This document shows, piece by piece, positions 9,096 to 18,649 of a stretch of 64,000 bases of DNA. The number at the start of each line of letters is the position of its first letter. Positions within the stretch are counted from its first letter, which is position 1. The position numbers and the translations under genes are program-made. The notes under the pieces were generated by a model that searched no databases, was not told the DNA's origin, and saw only the letters and a list, made by a program, of their open reading frames with translations. Source of the stretch: a virus. The stretch spans positions 64,001 to 128,000 of the IMG/VR virus record IMGVR_UViG_3300009151_000034; one strand, 5' to 3'.

Positions 9096-9494
9096 TTAGT
9101 GGGATGCCTTAACATAGGTAATGGCCAAAGATATGATATATCCGATCATAGCACCACCACCACACGCCATCCATATCATTTTTTCGATACTAGCAATTTT
9201 TTCATTTAAATTTTTATGTTGGGTGGTAGAATCTTCGCGGGATTTTTTGATTTCTGCTAAAACGAGATTATCTTCGTTTCGCATCGTTGTGTATACGCTA
9301 TCAATTTTATCTTCGTATTCAACTCTTCGTTTCTCTACCATATCCAAAACGTTATCAGAAATTTTTTCTTGCTGGGTTAATCTTTGTTCGTGGACTGCAA
9401 GCATTTTTGAAAGATCAGCAGCAACAACAGCAAGTCTTTGAATTGCATCATCTATTTTATTAAAACGATTTTCGTTGTCTGGTGATAATGCCAT
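9096..9494 (-). CDS. coiled-coil protein with C-terminal transmembrane helix
   Basis: LAVHEQRL coil and hydrophobic C-terminus. Confidence 0.6.
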   Translation of the reverse strand: MALSPDNENRFNKIDDAIQRLAVVAADLSKMLAVHEQRLTQQEKISDNVLDMVEKRRVEYEDKIDSVYTTMRNEDNLVLAEIKKSREDSTTQHKNLNEKIASIEKMIWMACGGGAMIGYIISLAITYVKASH

Positions 9495-9497
9495 GTC

Positions 9498-9692
9498 TTA
9501 CTGTCCTTCTATATTTTTTAGTGGGGTCCGAGTAAACATGGTGCGAAGTTTTTTCTTTCCAGAAACACTATGATTTTGTAACATAGGATCAAATGTAGCA
9601 ATAGGACTACTTGCGTTACCAGAACTAGATGCGCCCATAGCATTTACTGGACCTGCGGATTCTGTTTCGTTTATGTTTTTATGCATTGACAA
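9498..9692 (-). CDS. hypothetical protein
   Basis: 64 aa, coupled to neighbours. Confidence 0.5.
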   Translation of the reverse strand: MSMHKNINETESAGPVNAMGASSSGNASSPIATFDPMLQNHSVSGKKKLRTMFTRTPLKNIEGQ

Positions 9693-10074
9693 TCAACCTT
9701 AGTGCTTTTATGATACCAGAATCCATAACAATCGCATCTGTGTATACGACATTTTCGTCCTTGACATTTTTTATGACGGTAGGAAATGCGTTTAACAATA
9801 TTAAAAACGGTTTGACTAACGAAAATTGTGGTTTCAACTTCAAATATAATATTTTTGCAAGTTTTTCACCAAACACATTATGCAACGTAATTATATGATT
9901 TAAAATAAGCCTATCTTTTAACTCACCAGTTTCCATATACCTCGTTAAGAGTTTCTTGATATATTTAATTCTTTCTAAATCTTCAAGAAACTCTTCCGTA
10001 GAATGCATGTAGGTATTATCATAATATTTTGCACAAAATAATAAAAAGTTGTCGTCCGTCAATAACTCATCCAT
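9679..10074 (-). CDS. conserved T4-like phage protein
   Basis: LTDDNFLLFCAKYYDN...ELKDRLILNHII.L.NVFG. Confidence 0.7.
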   Translation of the reverse strand: MDELLTDDNFLLFCAKYYDNTYMHSTEEFLEDLERIKYIKKLLTRYMETGELKDRLILNHIITLHNVFGEKLAKILYLKLKPQFSLVKPFLILLNAFPTVIKNVKDENVVYTDAIVMDSGIIKALRLIVNA

Positions 10075-10084
10075 TATTTTATGT

Positions 10085-11071
10085 TTAATATCCTATCGCA
10101 ATAAAATAAACGTTACTTCCAGTTCCCGTAGATGATGATTTAAGCGCAACATTAGATATGGGACTTCCTGTTGTTGGTGCTGCGCTTAAATAAGCATAAA
10201 AAGCACCTACAACGCTTGTGGCCGTAAATGATAATACCGCTATTGGGAATGCTTTAGCAAAACTAGCATTTCCCGATGTTGCAGTATTTGCAGAAAACCA
10301 GCCCCAGTTCATTAACAGACCGTTTGGAAGATATGTAAATCCATTAGCAGATGTTGTCGATGAACCAGTTCCAAGAATCAACCCTGTATTGGTAGTAACC
10401 GTAACGTTGGAAGCACGAGTATCCCCGTTTACATCAAGTTTATATGTAGGAGTTGTTGTTCCGATACCAACATTTCCTGTGCTTGTGATACGCATTCTTT
10501 CGTTAGTAGAAAGAGTTCCACCAGTGAAGAAATTCATGTAGGGAGAAGCCCCAGCAGTCCCTATAGAAAGATTTGTTCCACCAGAATAAATATAAGCATC
10601 AGATGGGCCATTAATTGTCCAGGAAGATTGTAAGAATCCACTTCCATTTATACCAACATCGATATAATTTGGATTGCTTGATACTGGACCAGTGGTATCA
10701 TTTACGATAAAGTCGGCTGATGCATTATTGCCTGTATTAGCGTTCCATAAAACAGCCTCAACGAAATTGTTTTGACTTGAACTTAATTCTGCTATCGAAA
10801 GATCAACAGGATTCCATTGAATTTGAGCATTTGATGATGAGTTGCCTACCATAATAGATGTGGCATTTGCTAAAAATCCGTTAGCAGACCCAATCGTTCC
10901 TATAGCAACCGAAGTTGTAGTTACGGCAGGCATGTTCTGAAAAAGATTTGAAACGGTAATAGTTTGAACATTCGCAGTTGTAGTGGCATTGTAAAGGACT
11001 ACTACCCTGTCCGTTGAAGCCAGGGTAGTAGCTACGGTTAAATCACTAATTTTTTTAGCGTCATTTGCCAT
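10085..11071 (-). CDS. tail fibre-like virion protein
   Basis: ERMRITSTGNVGIGTTTP repeat and NGFTYLPNGLLMNWG C-terminal domain. Confidence 0.75.
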   Translation of the reverse strand: MANDAKKISDLTVATTLASTDRVVVLYNATTTANVQTITVSNLFQNMPAVTTTSVAIGTIGSANGFLANATSIMVGNSSSNAQIQWNPVDLSIAELSSSQNNFVEAVLWNANTGNNASADFIVNDTTGPVSSNPNYIDVGINGSGFLQSSWTINGPSDAYIYSGGTNLSIGTAGASPYMNFFTGGTLSTNERMRITSTGNVGIGTTTPTYKLDVNGDTRASNVTVTTNTGLILGTGSSTTSANGFTYLPNGLLMNWGWFSANTATSGNASFAKAFPIAVLSFTATSVVGAFYAYLSAAPTTGSPISNVALKSSSTGTGSNVYFIAIGY

Positions 11072-11087
11072 GATTATAAATTACCTA

Positions 11088-12092
11088 TTAAGCGCCAGGA
11101 AGAATTGTTGCATCAGAAGCATCAGTAGTTGTAGCGGCTGTTCCATGAGCGGCAAGGGTAGAACCGAGAGTTCCCATAGCTACCAATGTTTCGTATTGAA
11201 CACGACCAGCACGACCACCAGTTCCTTCGGTGCGAAGAACCCAGCCAGCATGTGCAAGACCAGTATATTCTGATGCAGAAGAAGTCAATACACCTGTTGC
11301 AGTATCACCACGAATTGTATGACCAGTTTCTGCTGTTGCAGTCGTTCTTACATCGGTAATGTCAATATTTGATCCACCAGGAGTTGCTGATAACACAATG
11401 CCTGTTGTATTAGCAAAAGAAACATAATAATAAGCATTTCCTGTTAATGGGGTTAGTGGTGTATTAGCTGTTGTAACCAAATAATACAAGCGATCTCCTG
11501 CTTGCCAAAACGAATTGGCTGTCGTAACTTTTATAAAATCTGTTGCAGCAACAACACCATTTGTGTTGGCCTGAATTGTGATTGCGGCAGGAGCAGCAAT
11601 TACTGGCAATGGTGGTGCTTGATACCCAGAACCGATGGTCTGGATATTAAGTGCAGTAATACGACCTGCGCTTGAAGAACCTGCCGTTGTGTTAGCAAAA
11701 GCATTAGCAACGCCAGATGTTCCACCGTTAATAAGAGTTAATGAAACGGTAGCATTGGCCTGATAACCAGAACCACCAAATGTTACTTGACTTGTTGCTA
11801 GAGAGTTTGTAGTATTTTGTGCTTCGGTTGCTGATACACCAAATACACCCACGGCTCTTCCTGAAGTGAAGACTCCGATTGTTGTGTTATTAAACATTGC
11901 AACATCGATTGATGCCTTAGACCCTGCTGATGTATTGCCAAAATCAGCATTTGGTGACGATACAGGAGTTATAGACCCGCCTCGCCCGCCTTTTACTAGA
12001 GCGTAAGTTCCGATTGGTGCTCCATTGGAAGTTTCAGTGGTTGTTGATCCTGTAGCCGTAACAGCCTTATCATTTCTGCCCCATAGTGCCAT
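11088..12092 (-). CDS. virion structural protein
   Basis: MALWG start, HAGWVLRTEGTGGRAGRVQYETLVAM end, T/G/A-rich; TATAAATA at 12122-12129. Confidence 0.75.
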   Translation of the reverse strand: MALWGRNDKAVTATGSTTTETSNGAPIGTYALVKGGRGGSITPVSSPNADFGNTSAGSKASIDVAMFNNTTIGVFTSGRAVGVFGVSATEAQNTTNSLATSQVTFGGSGYQANATVSLTLINGGTSGVANAFANTTAGSSSAGRITALNIQTIGSGYQAPPLPVIAAPAAITIQANTNGVVAATDFIKVTTANSFWQAGDRLYYLVTTANTPLTPLTGNAYYYVSFANTTGIVLSATPGGSNIDITDVRTTATAETGHTIRGDTATGVLTSSASEYTGLAHAGWVLRTEGTGGRAGRVQYETLVAMGTLGSTLAAHGTAATTTDASDATILPGA

Positions 12093-12153
12093 AGTTTTTT
12101 ACTCCTTAAACTTGTTTCTCTTATTTATATTATTTGCTGTTCAGGATATATTT

Positions 12154-13581
12154 TTATGACTTTCCGCCTTTTGCATAAATTTGATTTTCGCTTTTTTTAT
12201 TGACAATAGTAGGAAATCTATCAGTTTCTTGTTTGTTAATTTTAATACGCTTTCCTGTTATAAAATCTTGTTTTTCATCAGAAATATTATAAGAAGCATT
12301 ATTATTTTTGACTCCTTCACCGTCAGTATTATTTTGATTACCAATTAAAGGAGCCATAGGAACTTTACTCTCTGAATTAAAAGACGCAGAGATTCTTTCA
12401 AGGCGATCTAGTTCTGCTGACGAAAGAGTATCTTCTTTCATAGAGCTACAATTACATTTGCCGTTTTTTCCGCAACGATTACATTTACCATTACTATTAC
12501 GAAGAGCAGTGAAATCTGCTTTTGTTAGTTCACCATAAGGTGGTGCTTTATCTAGGTTTTTTTGTTTACCAATCAGACCTTCTTGCATACGTTCTAGTTT
12601 TTTAACTTTTTTGGTTTCGGCTTTTTCATCGTCATCTTCATCTTCACCATCAACATCTTTGTTTTTGTCTTTGCCGTGTGATTTTGGTGCATGACGAGCA
12701 TCAACTTCTAACTTGCGGACTTTTTTGGTTTCGGCTTTTTCTTCTTTTTCGTTGTCTTCTTCGCCATCAACATCTTTGTTCTTATCTGATTCTGAAAAAT
12801 TAATACCTTCTTCCATATTACCAGACTTTAAACGAACAATTTGTCTCTGATGGAATTTCATACGATTAATTAAATTAGGATCAGGAGTTTTGCCTTTTTT
12901 TCTGGCTGCTTCAATTTGCTGATGATATTGGCGGGCAGCAACAGCATGAGCACCAATAACACTTCTTGGTGCTTCATCCAAATCTTCTTCTTTAATATCT
13001 GTATTAATTTGTGGATGAACATCAACTTTAGTTTTTCCTCCAACCATTTTTTTAACATCAGATAATTTAGTATCTTCTGTGGGTTGATTTTTCTTTTCCA
13101 TTACACTACGAGCAGCACTAATCAATGCCGCCGATAGACCGAAATTTTTTGAAAACATTGTTGGCTCCTCTATAATTTTTGTGTTGATTTCTGATGTTCT
13201 TGCAAGTTTAGATTTTGAATTTGTTGGTTTTTCGTTGTCTGGACGTGAAACATTTATAACTTTTTCGCGTTCTTTGGTGTTATGATCTGGATCAGCAGCT
13301 TCGGCATGAACCATTCCGCTGTGTGAACGTTTTTTGGCATCATGTTGACGTTTGATAGTTTCTTTTTCTGCGGTTTCTTTTGCTTTTTCTGAATCTTGTT
13401 CGGCATTTCTTTCTTGTCCTGCAACTCGACTCATAGCAGTTGAATGCCCGCCCCCAAATGAAGAATAGGCCGCCCTACTTGATTTACCAGCATCATGACC
13501 AGTTATTCTACCACCAGCATTAGCACCGTTCATTTCGGCAATAACTCGTGCCAGTGACTTGTATTTGCTCTTATCGTCCAT
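12154..13581 (-). CDS. highly charged putative internal head protein
   Basis: Many I/L/M-x-E sites, duplicated DKNKDVDGE..EKAETKKV.KLE segment. Confidence 0.5.
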   Translation of the reverse strand: MDDKSKYKSLARVIAEMNGANAGGRITGHDAGKSSRAAYSSFGGGHSTAMSRVAGQERNAEQDSEKAKETAEKETIKRQHDAKKRSHSGMVHAEAADPDHNTKEREKVINVSRPDNEKPTNSKSKLARTSEINTKIIEEPTMFSKNFGLSAALISAARSVMEKKNQPTEDTKLSDVKKMVGGKTKVDVHPQINTDIKEEDLDEAPRSVIGAHAVAARQYHQQIEAARKKGKTPDPNLINRMKFHQRQIVRLKSGNMEEGINFSESDKNKDVDGEEDNEKEEKAETKKVRKLEVDARHAPKSHGKDKNKDVDGEDEDDDEKAETKKVKKLERMQEGLIGKQKNLDKAPPYGELTKADFTALRNSNGKCNRCGKNGKCNCSSMKEDTLSSAELDRLERISASFNSESKVPMAPLIGNQNNTDGEGVKNNNASYNISDEKQDFITGKRIKINKQETDRFPTIVNKKSENQIYAKGGKS

Positions 13582-13582
13582 T

Positions 13583-14023
13583 TTATTGACCTTTTAAAAT
13601 GGATTTTAGCATCCACCCATGTTTGAAATGTATATCAATACGGTCTTGTAAGAAATTTGAAAGACCAACACAACTTTCTTTTTCTGCCATCTTTTGAGCT
13701 TTAGTTAGTTCGCTTATCAAGGTTGTATTATCCGATTCTAATTCTTTGATCATTTTTATTGCTGATGGAATATTTAGTTGATCTTGAATTGAACTAAGAG
13801 TTTGAAATCTTGTAAAACTTCCTGGTGCATAAGCTTCTAGTGTGCGAATATGTTCAGCAATAGAATCGACTGCTTCCCAAACTTCATTGTATAGACCATC
13901 AAGAAATGAATGATATTGAGGAAAATTTGGTCCCTCGATATTCCAGTGAAAATTATGAGATTTCAAATAAAATGCAAAATTGGTGGCAAGCACCTTTTTC
14001 ATTTGTTCAATTAATTCTTTCAT
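13583..14023 (-). CDS. dps: Dps/ferritin-like protein
   Basis: HNFHWNIEGPNFPQYH..D.IAEHIR ferroxidase signature. Confidence 0.92.
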   Translation of the reverse strand: MKELIEQMKKVLATNFAFYLKSHNFHWNIEGPNFPQYHSFLDGLYNEVWEAVDSIAEHIRTLEAYAPGSFTRFQTLSSIQDQLNIPSAIKMIKELESDNTTLISELTKAQKMAEKESCVGLSNFLQDRIDIHFKHGWMLKSILKGQ

Positions 14024-14032
14024 ATTCGTTTC

Positions 14033-14677
14033 CTATTTTATTCTTCTTATATGGACTGCACTACCACCAATTTTTTTTATTTTTTTGACTTCGTAATTAT
14101 CGCCCGCAATTCCCTTAACGTAATCATGAAGTTCATTACCATCAAAACCTTTTTGGTATACTTTTTGCACACCATTTTTAGTCTTACGATGCACCAATAT
14201 AGAGTTTGGTTCACCTCCTGGTTCAGAATTTTTAGCTGCATTCACGTCACCAGCCCATCCTCTTGTTACGATAATGGCATGACCCCCAGGTTTAAGAAGA
14301 CTGAGAATATGTTTTGTTACATGATGACGAAGTTCTGGATGCAAAACATTTAAGACGTTATGTGAGACAACACCATCATACTGATCTTTAATTTCTTCTG
14401 GTTTTGTGAAGTTTGGCTTGTGTGTGCTTCTTTCTGGTGCAGGCTCATACCCATGCACTTCAACATGCCCACCATCATTATGAAACGATTGACGCATAGC
14501 ATGGGTGCCTCCACCAAGACCAGCACCATAATCAAGAACTTTTGAATGGGGTTTAAGATGATGTTTAAGTAATTCTGCACTTTTTTTGTATGTTCCAGTT
14601 GTAGTAGCAACCTGAGTCGTTGCTGACCCAGGTTGATGCTCTAATGTTTCGTTTATAAATTTAGAAAATCTTATCAT
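14033..14677 (-). CDS. class I SAM-dependent methyltransferase with capsid-targeting-like N-terminus
   Basis: VLDYGAGLG, YDGVVSHNVLNV; starts MIRFSKFINE. Confidence 0.8.
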   Translation of the reverse strand: MIRFSKFINETLEHQPGSATTQVATTTGTYKKSAELLKHHLKPHSKVLDYGAGLGGGTHAMRQSFHNDGGHVEVHGYEPAPERSTHKPNFTKPEEIKDQYDGVVSHNVLNVLHPELRHHVTKHILSLLKPGGHAIIVTRGWAGDVNAAKNSEPGGEPNSILVHRKTKNGVQKVYQKGFDGNELHDYVKGIAGDNYEVKKIKKIGGSAVHIRRIK

Positions 14678-14873
14678 GATTTGTTCTTTTTTTATGTTCG
14701 GCTATGTATTTATGCACTTCGGTTCTTAACTCTTCTTTAGACATAGTATGGTGGACTTCAATCGCAGTATTAGAAAATGTTTTAATTACGTCATCGGATG
14801 ATTTTTCTATGTTTTCAATTACGTCAAAACAAAATAATTTTTTAATTCGCTGAACAATTGATTTCATTCTCAT
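14661..14873 (-). CDS. hypothetical protein
   Basis: 70-aa ORF. Confidence 0.45.
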   Translation of the reverse strand: MRMKSIVQRIKKLFCFDVIENIEKSSDDVIKTFSNTAIEVHHTMSKEELRTEVHKYIAEHKKRTNHDKIF

Positions 14874-14903
14874 CCACCCATTAAACTATATTATTTTTTG
14901 TAT

Positions 14904-17135
14904 TTAATGTGTTCCCATTTGGCAATGCCATTTTTTTAACGAAAGTGCCTTGCGTGTTGGACGATTATGCTTATCTTTCATGGGTCCAGGCACCCCACTC
15001 ATTCTTGCACAAAAAGATTTTCTACGGTTATATTCCTTACTACCCTGTTTTATTTCACTTGGTTCTGTTGTAACAGCGGTCTGAAGATGCGAACCTGGAT
15101 GTTCTTTTTTATAACTATTAACACCTTTTTGATTTAAACCACCTTTAGGATTTTTACCTTCTTTTCTTTGCCATGCCGCTGATTCAGAAATAACTCTTTT
15201 AATAGTATCTAGCGTGGTATGTTCTTCTTTTTTTTGTGAATTTCTGATTGCCTCGGCTGTTGGAGCGCCCGGTTCTCCTGGATTACGCATACGTTTACCA
15301 GCCTCTCTTCTTTTACGAATATTATACCAAAGACCTCTGTTAGATTCATCAACAGATTCTTGAACAGTTTTAATATGCGCCATAATCTGTCGGATTACCC
15401 CAGGAGAAATATCTTTATGGCGGGGAACTGCGATTGTATGCGGGGAATTTGGATGTTTATATACTTCATGATCACCACGGTCACGATGAAGAACGTAACC
15501 TATTTGTTTCATGTGGTTGGTTACGTCTCGGTGTGATCTACCAATATCAAAAGGATTAATCTTTTCGTATAGTGATTGTGTAAAATTAAACGATTCGTTC
15601 ATTGTCTTTTTTTCTCCTAATTTATCAAGCATTTTTTCTGCTGCTATACGAACATATTCATCTTCATCATTTAATGCTTTATCAAGATGTTCTTTAGTTG
15701 CATTTGGATGTGATGCTGCTGCCATACGAACATTCCAGTTTTTATCATCTAATGCTTTATTTAAGTTTTCTTTTGTTGCCTTTTCATGTTTTGTTGCTGC
15801 CATACGAACATTCCAGTTTTTATCATCTAATGCTTTATTAATATGTTCATTTGTGACATTTTGATTTCTTATTGCTGCCGCACGAACATGACGATCACTA
15901 TCATCAAGTGCTTTATTGATATTATTTTCATTAGCATTAGGATTTTTTGCTGCTGCTATACGGACATCAGATTCGCCGTCATTTAATGCTTTATCGATAT
16001 GTTCATTCGTTGCTTTTGGATGTTCTGCTGCTGCTCCACGAACAAAATCATCTTTATCATCAAGTGCTTTATTGATATTTTTTTCAGATGCGTTTGGGTG
16101 TTTGGTAGCGGCCAATCTAACATTATCATCTTTATCATCAAGTGCTTTATTGATATGATTTTCATTAGCATTAGGATTTTTTGCTGCTGCTTCACGAACA
16201 TAATGATCTTTATCATCAAGTGCTTTATTGATATTTTCACTTGTTGCATTTGGATGTCCTGCCGTTGCTTCACGAACTTCTGGATTTTTATCGTCTAACG
16301 CTTTATTTAAATCGTCTTTAGTTGCATTTGGATGAAGCATAATGGATTTGCCATTATCATTATATACTCCTGGGTGTTTAGTATAAAGCAAACTCCCACC
16401 TTTATGTTCACCAGAAAGTCTCTTAGCTAAATCTTCTGCATGTTTTTTAAATCCTTCGTGGTCAAGACCATAGTATGAATCAACGGCATATGCTGTATGG
16501 CCTTCGTTGTTTATATGAGGTTGTAATGTTGCTCTTGCAATTTCTTCGCCTTTGTGATTATGAAGATATGCAACAACAGTGCCATGTTTTGTTTCTTGTT
16601 GTAGATAATGCCTATTGATACCCGTATGGACATTTTTACAAGAACTATTTTCCCACGACTGTTCGGGGGCAGTCTGATTACGAATACCCGCCCCCGATCT
16701 TGTAATTCTAACACTTAAACCTGTTTGTTTCTTGCCTTGTCTGGTGCTGTCATTTGCAAATCCATTAATAAGTTGACTTGGCGCTTTTGATTTTGTAAGA
16801 ATTCCGCCAATTTTTACTTTTCTTCCATATTTGTCTGTTGTTTGACCTGCCCTATAATCGTCGGATTCAATATTTTGGCCGATGTGACGCTCTACTGCTT
16901 TATGTATTTCAGACTTATCGACAGTCCCAGAAAGAGGTTCTGATATTTCATCATTACCTTTGCCGAAAAAATGATCCGTGGCTGCTACTGCTTTTGGGTC
17001 ACGTTCCCATGTAGAAGCTTCTTTTTCTTCGGCTGGTGTAAGTTTCTCAAGAAGAGGCACAGTATTTACCGTAGAACTTGCCAATTGTTTTTGTTGGTTA
17101 GAAATAAACAGTGTCGCAAGTTCTACGGTATTCAT
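14904..17135 (-). CDS. multidomain protein: HEAT-like repeats + HicA-like domain + basic C-terminal phage domain
   Basis: About nine 26-aa repeats; GYVLHRDRGDHEVYKHP..IAVPRHKDISPG; AAWQRKEGKNPKGGLN..RRKSFCARM. Confidence 0.75.
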   Translation of the reverse strand: MNTVELATLFISNQQKQLASSTVNTVPLLEKLTPAEEKEASTWERDPKAVAATDHFFGKGNDEISEPLSGTVDKSEIHKAVERHIGQNIESDDYRAGQTTDKYGRKVKIGGILTKSKAPSQLINGFANDSTRQGKKQTGLSVRITRSGAGIRNQTAPEQSWENSSCKNVHTGINRHYLQQETKHGTVVAYLHNHKGEEIARATLQPHINNEGHTAYAVDSYYGLDHEGFKKHAEDLAKRLSGEHKGGSLLYTKHPGVYNDNGKSIMLHPNATKDDLNKALDDKNPEVREATAGHPNATSENINKALDDKDHYVREAAAKNPNANENHINKALDDKDDNVRLAATKHPNASEKNINKALDDKDDFVRGAAAEHPKATNEHIDKALNDGESDVRIAAAKNPNANENNINKALDDSDRHVRAAAIRNQNVTNEHINKALDDKNWNVRMAATKHEKATKENLNKALDDKNWNVRMAAASHPNATKEHLDKALNDEDEYVRIAAEKMLDKLGEKKTMNESFNFTQSLYEKINPFDIGRSHRDVTNHMKQIGYVLHRDRGDHEVYKHPNSPHTIAVPRHKDISPGVIRQIMAHIKTVQESVDESNRGLWYNIRKRREAGKRMRNPGEPGAPTAEAIRNSQKKEEHTTLDTIKRVISESAAWQRKEGKNPKGGLNQKGVNSYKKEHPGSHLQTAVTTEPSEIKQGSKEYNRRKSFCARMSGVPGPMKDKHNRPTRKALSLKKWHCQMGTH
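15620..16340 (-). repeat. 78-bp coding repeat (26-aa HEAT-like units)
   Basis: HPNAT.E.INKALDD....VR.AA repeated. Confidence 0.9.
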
Positions 17136-17249
17136 TTATTGATCCTTCTAAAATAGTAAAATGTTTATTTTATTTATCTTTTTTCATAAACAGACGCAAT
17201 AAAGTTTGGTGTCCATCCGTTAGAGGTTTACCTGTATTTATAATAAATT

Positions 17250-18245
17250 TTATTTTGAATTCCCGGTGAGTTGTGTGTCACTTTTAATTGTTTTAAGAAT
17301 GCCAGCAGCACCTTCAGTTTTTGCTCTAAGAGAAAGGATGATTTTTCCTTTATGTCTAAAATTTACTGAATTATCTTCATGGGTTACATCAAGATTATTA
17401 TGATCGTTCAAATAATGATCATAATCAATATGTGGATTAATTAAACTAGTATGATAGTTTCCGTTAATGCCACTTGATACAACCCTAATATGATCTTGTC
17501 CGGTATTATTTGCGTGCAATAAATTTCTTAAATGACGTGCCAATTCTGGTTTGGGTAATTGTGAATAAGCTTTATGCCATCTGCTTGCAATTGCAGGTAA
17601 TAATTTTTTTCGTTCTGCTGCTTCATCGGCTTTTAGTTGTGGGTTTTTAGGAACGATTTTCTTTAATTCTGCTCGTGATTTTCCTTTAATTTCATCTCCG
17701 TATTTGTCTTCAAGTTTTTTTCTTGATGTATCTATCATATTCTGAGATGACTGTTTAAACCCCAAACTATTTTCAATAGCACCTAACCCAGGTGCCTTAA
17801 TATGTGCTGGTTTGCCTTTTTCCTTATGTGCTTTTAAACTGATTCCTAAATGTTTACCATTTTTTTTGGTAATGTAAATATCAGACGAATCTTCATTTTG
17901 TGTTTTTTCAACACCAGTAATTTTTTTAACGTCACCAGATTTTGCAGACCGTTGAACATGACCAATATTTTCTCTGCCACCAACATGTTTAAATATGGCA
18001 TCAGCAGCAAGTTTTGCTCTTTGAAAATGATCATCATAATCTTGAGGAGTCATTGTTTTTTTGATTCTATCGTGTGCTTCTTCTGGCGTTTCTTTTTTTG
18101 AATTTGGAGGATTTTCCATATGTTTTCCCCCAAGCAAATGATAACCAGTCAATAATTCGTGCATATCTCCATTTGTTTGGACATCTGTTTTTTTGTTATC
18201 ATCTTCATAGAGATATAAAGATAAAAATTCTTTGAAACGTATCAT
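17250..18245 (-). CDS. putative PD-(D/E)XK-fold nuclease with capsid-targeting-like N-terminus
   Basis: GDMHE, SSDIYI...GISLK; starts MIRFKEFL; TATAAATA at 18279-18286. Confidence 0.55.
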   Translation of the reverse strand: MIRFKEFLSLYLYEDDNKKTDVQTNGDMHELLTGYHLLGGKHMENPPNSKKETPEEAHDRIKKTMTPQDYDDHFQRAKLAADAIFKHVGGRENIGHVQRSAKSGDVKKITGVEKTQNEDSSDIYITKKNGKHLGISLKAHKEKGKPAHIKAPGLGAIENSLGFKQSSQNMIDTSRKKLEDKYGDEIKGKSRAELKKIVPKNPQLKADEAAERKKLLPAIASRWHKAYSQLPKPELARHLRNLLHANNTGQDHIRVVSSGINGNYHTSLINPHIDYDHYLNDHNNLDVTHEDNSVNFRHKGKIILSLRAKTEGAAGILKTIKSDTQLTGNSK

Positions 18246-18289
18246 GGGTATATATAACCTTTTTATTAAAGACTAATATATTTATATAA

Positions 18290-18320
18290 AAAAAGGGTAG
18301 ACCTTTCGATCTACCCTTCT
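18290..18320 (-). terminator. intrinsic terminator
   Basis: AAGGGTAGA/TCTACCCTT stem plus long T run. Confidence 0.8.
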
Positions 18321-18430
18321 CCCAAACAACATGACTGAGAGGAACCCCACCTTGATCTCAGTTATTCCTGTGCTTATATTCACTATGCCACTTATACGTA
18401 ATCAAAACGTATTGCAAGTTGTCTGTCGTA
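18291..18430 (-). ncRNA. putative late structured ncRNA, family unassigned
   Basis: TATAAATA at 18435-18442, several helices, own terminator, no ORF in track. Confidence 0.5.
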
Positions 18431-18448
18431 AGTTTATTTATATAAAAC

Positions 18449-18649
18449 TTAATGCATACTTTTGCATACTCCTTCTGCAATGAAAGCAGGGGTCCATCCG
18501 TTAAACCCAACCTTATTTTTATTTAAATTGTTACAATATGTCTGGGCTTTTACTGCCTGATCGAAATGCATCACATATTGTTCTGTTGTGATTTCGTATA
18601 TTGACCAAATATTAATTCCACTTTTTTCAACTCGATATTTCTTAATCAT
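18449..18649 (-). CDS. hypothetical protein
   Basis: 66 aa, ends GFNGWTPAF. Confidence 0.55.
   Translation of the reverse strand: MIKKYRVEKSGINIWSIYEITTEQYVMHFDQAVKAQTYCNNLNKNKVGFNGWTPAFIAEGVCKSMH

Noticed and set aside
15511-16298. Overlapping alternate-frame and antisense ORFs across the HEAT repeats
   Set aside because: By-products of the 78-bp repeat with no independent start signals.
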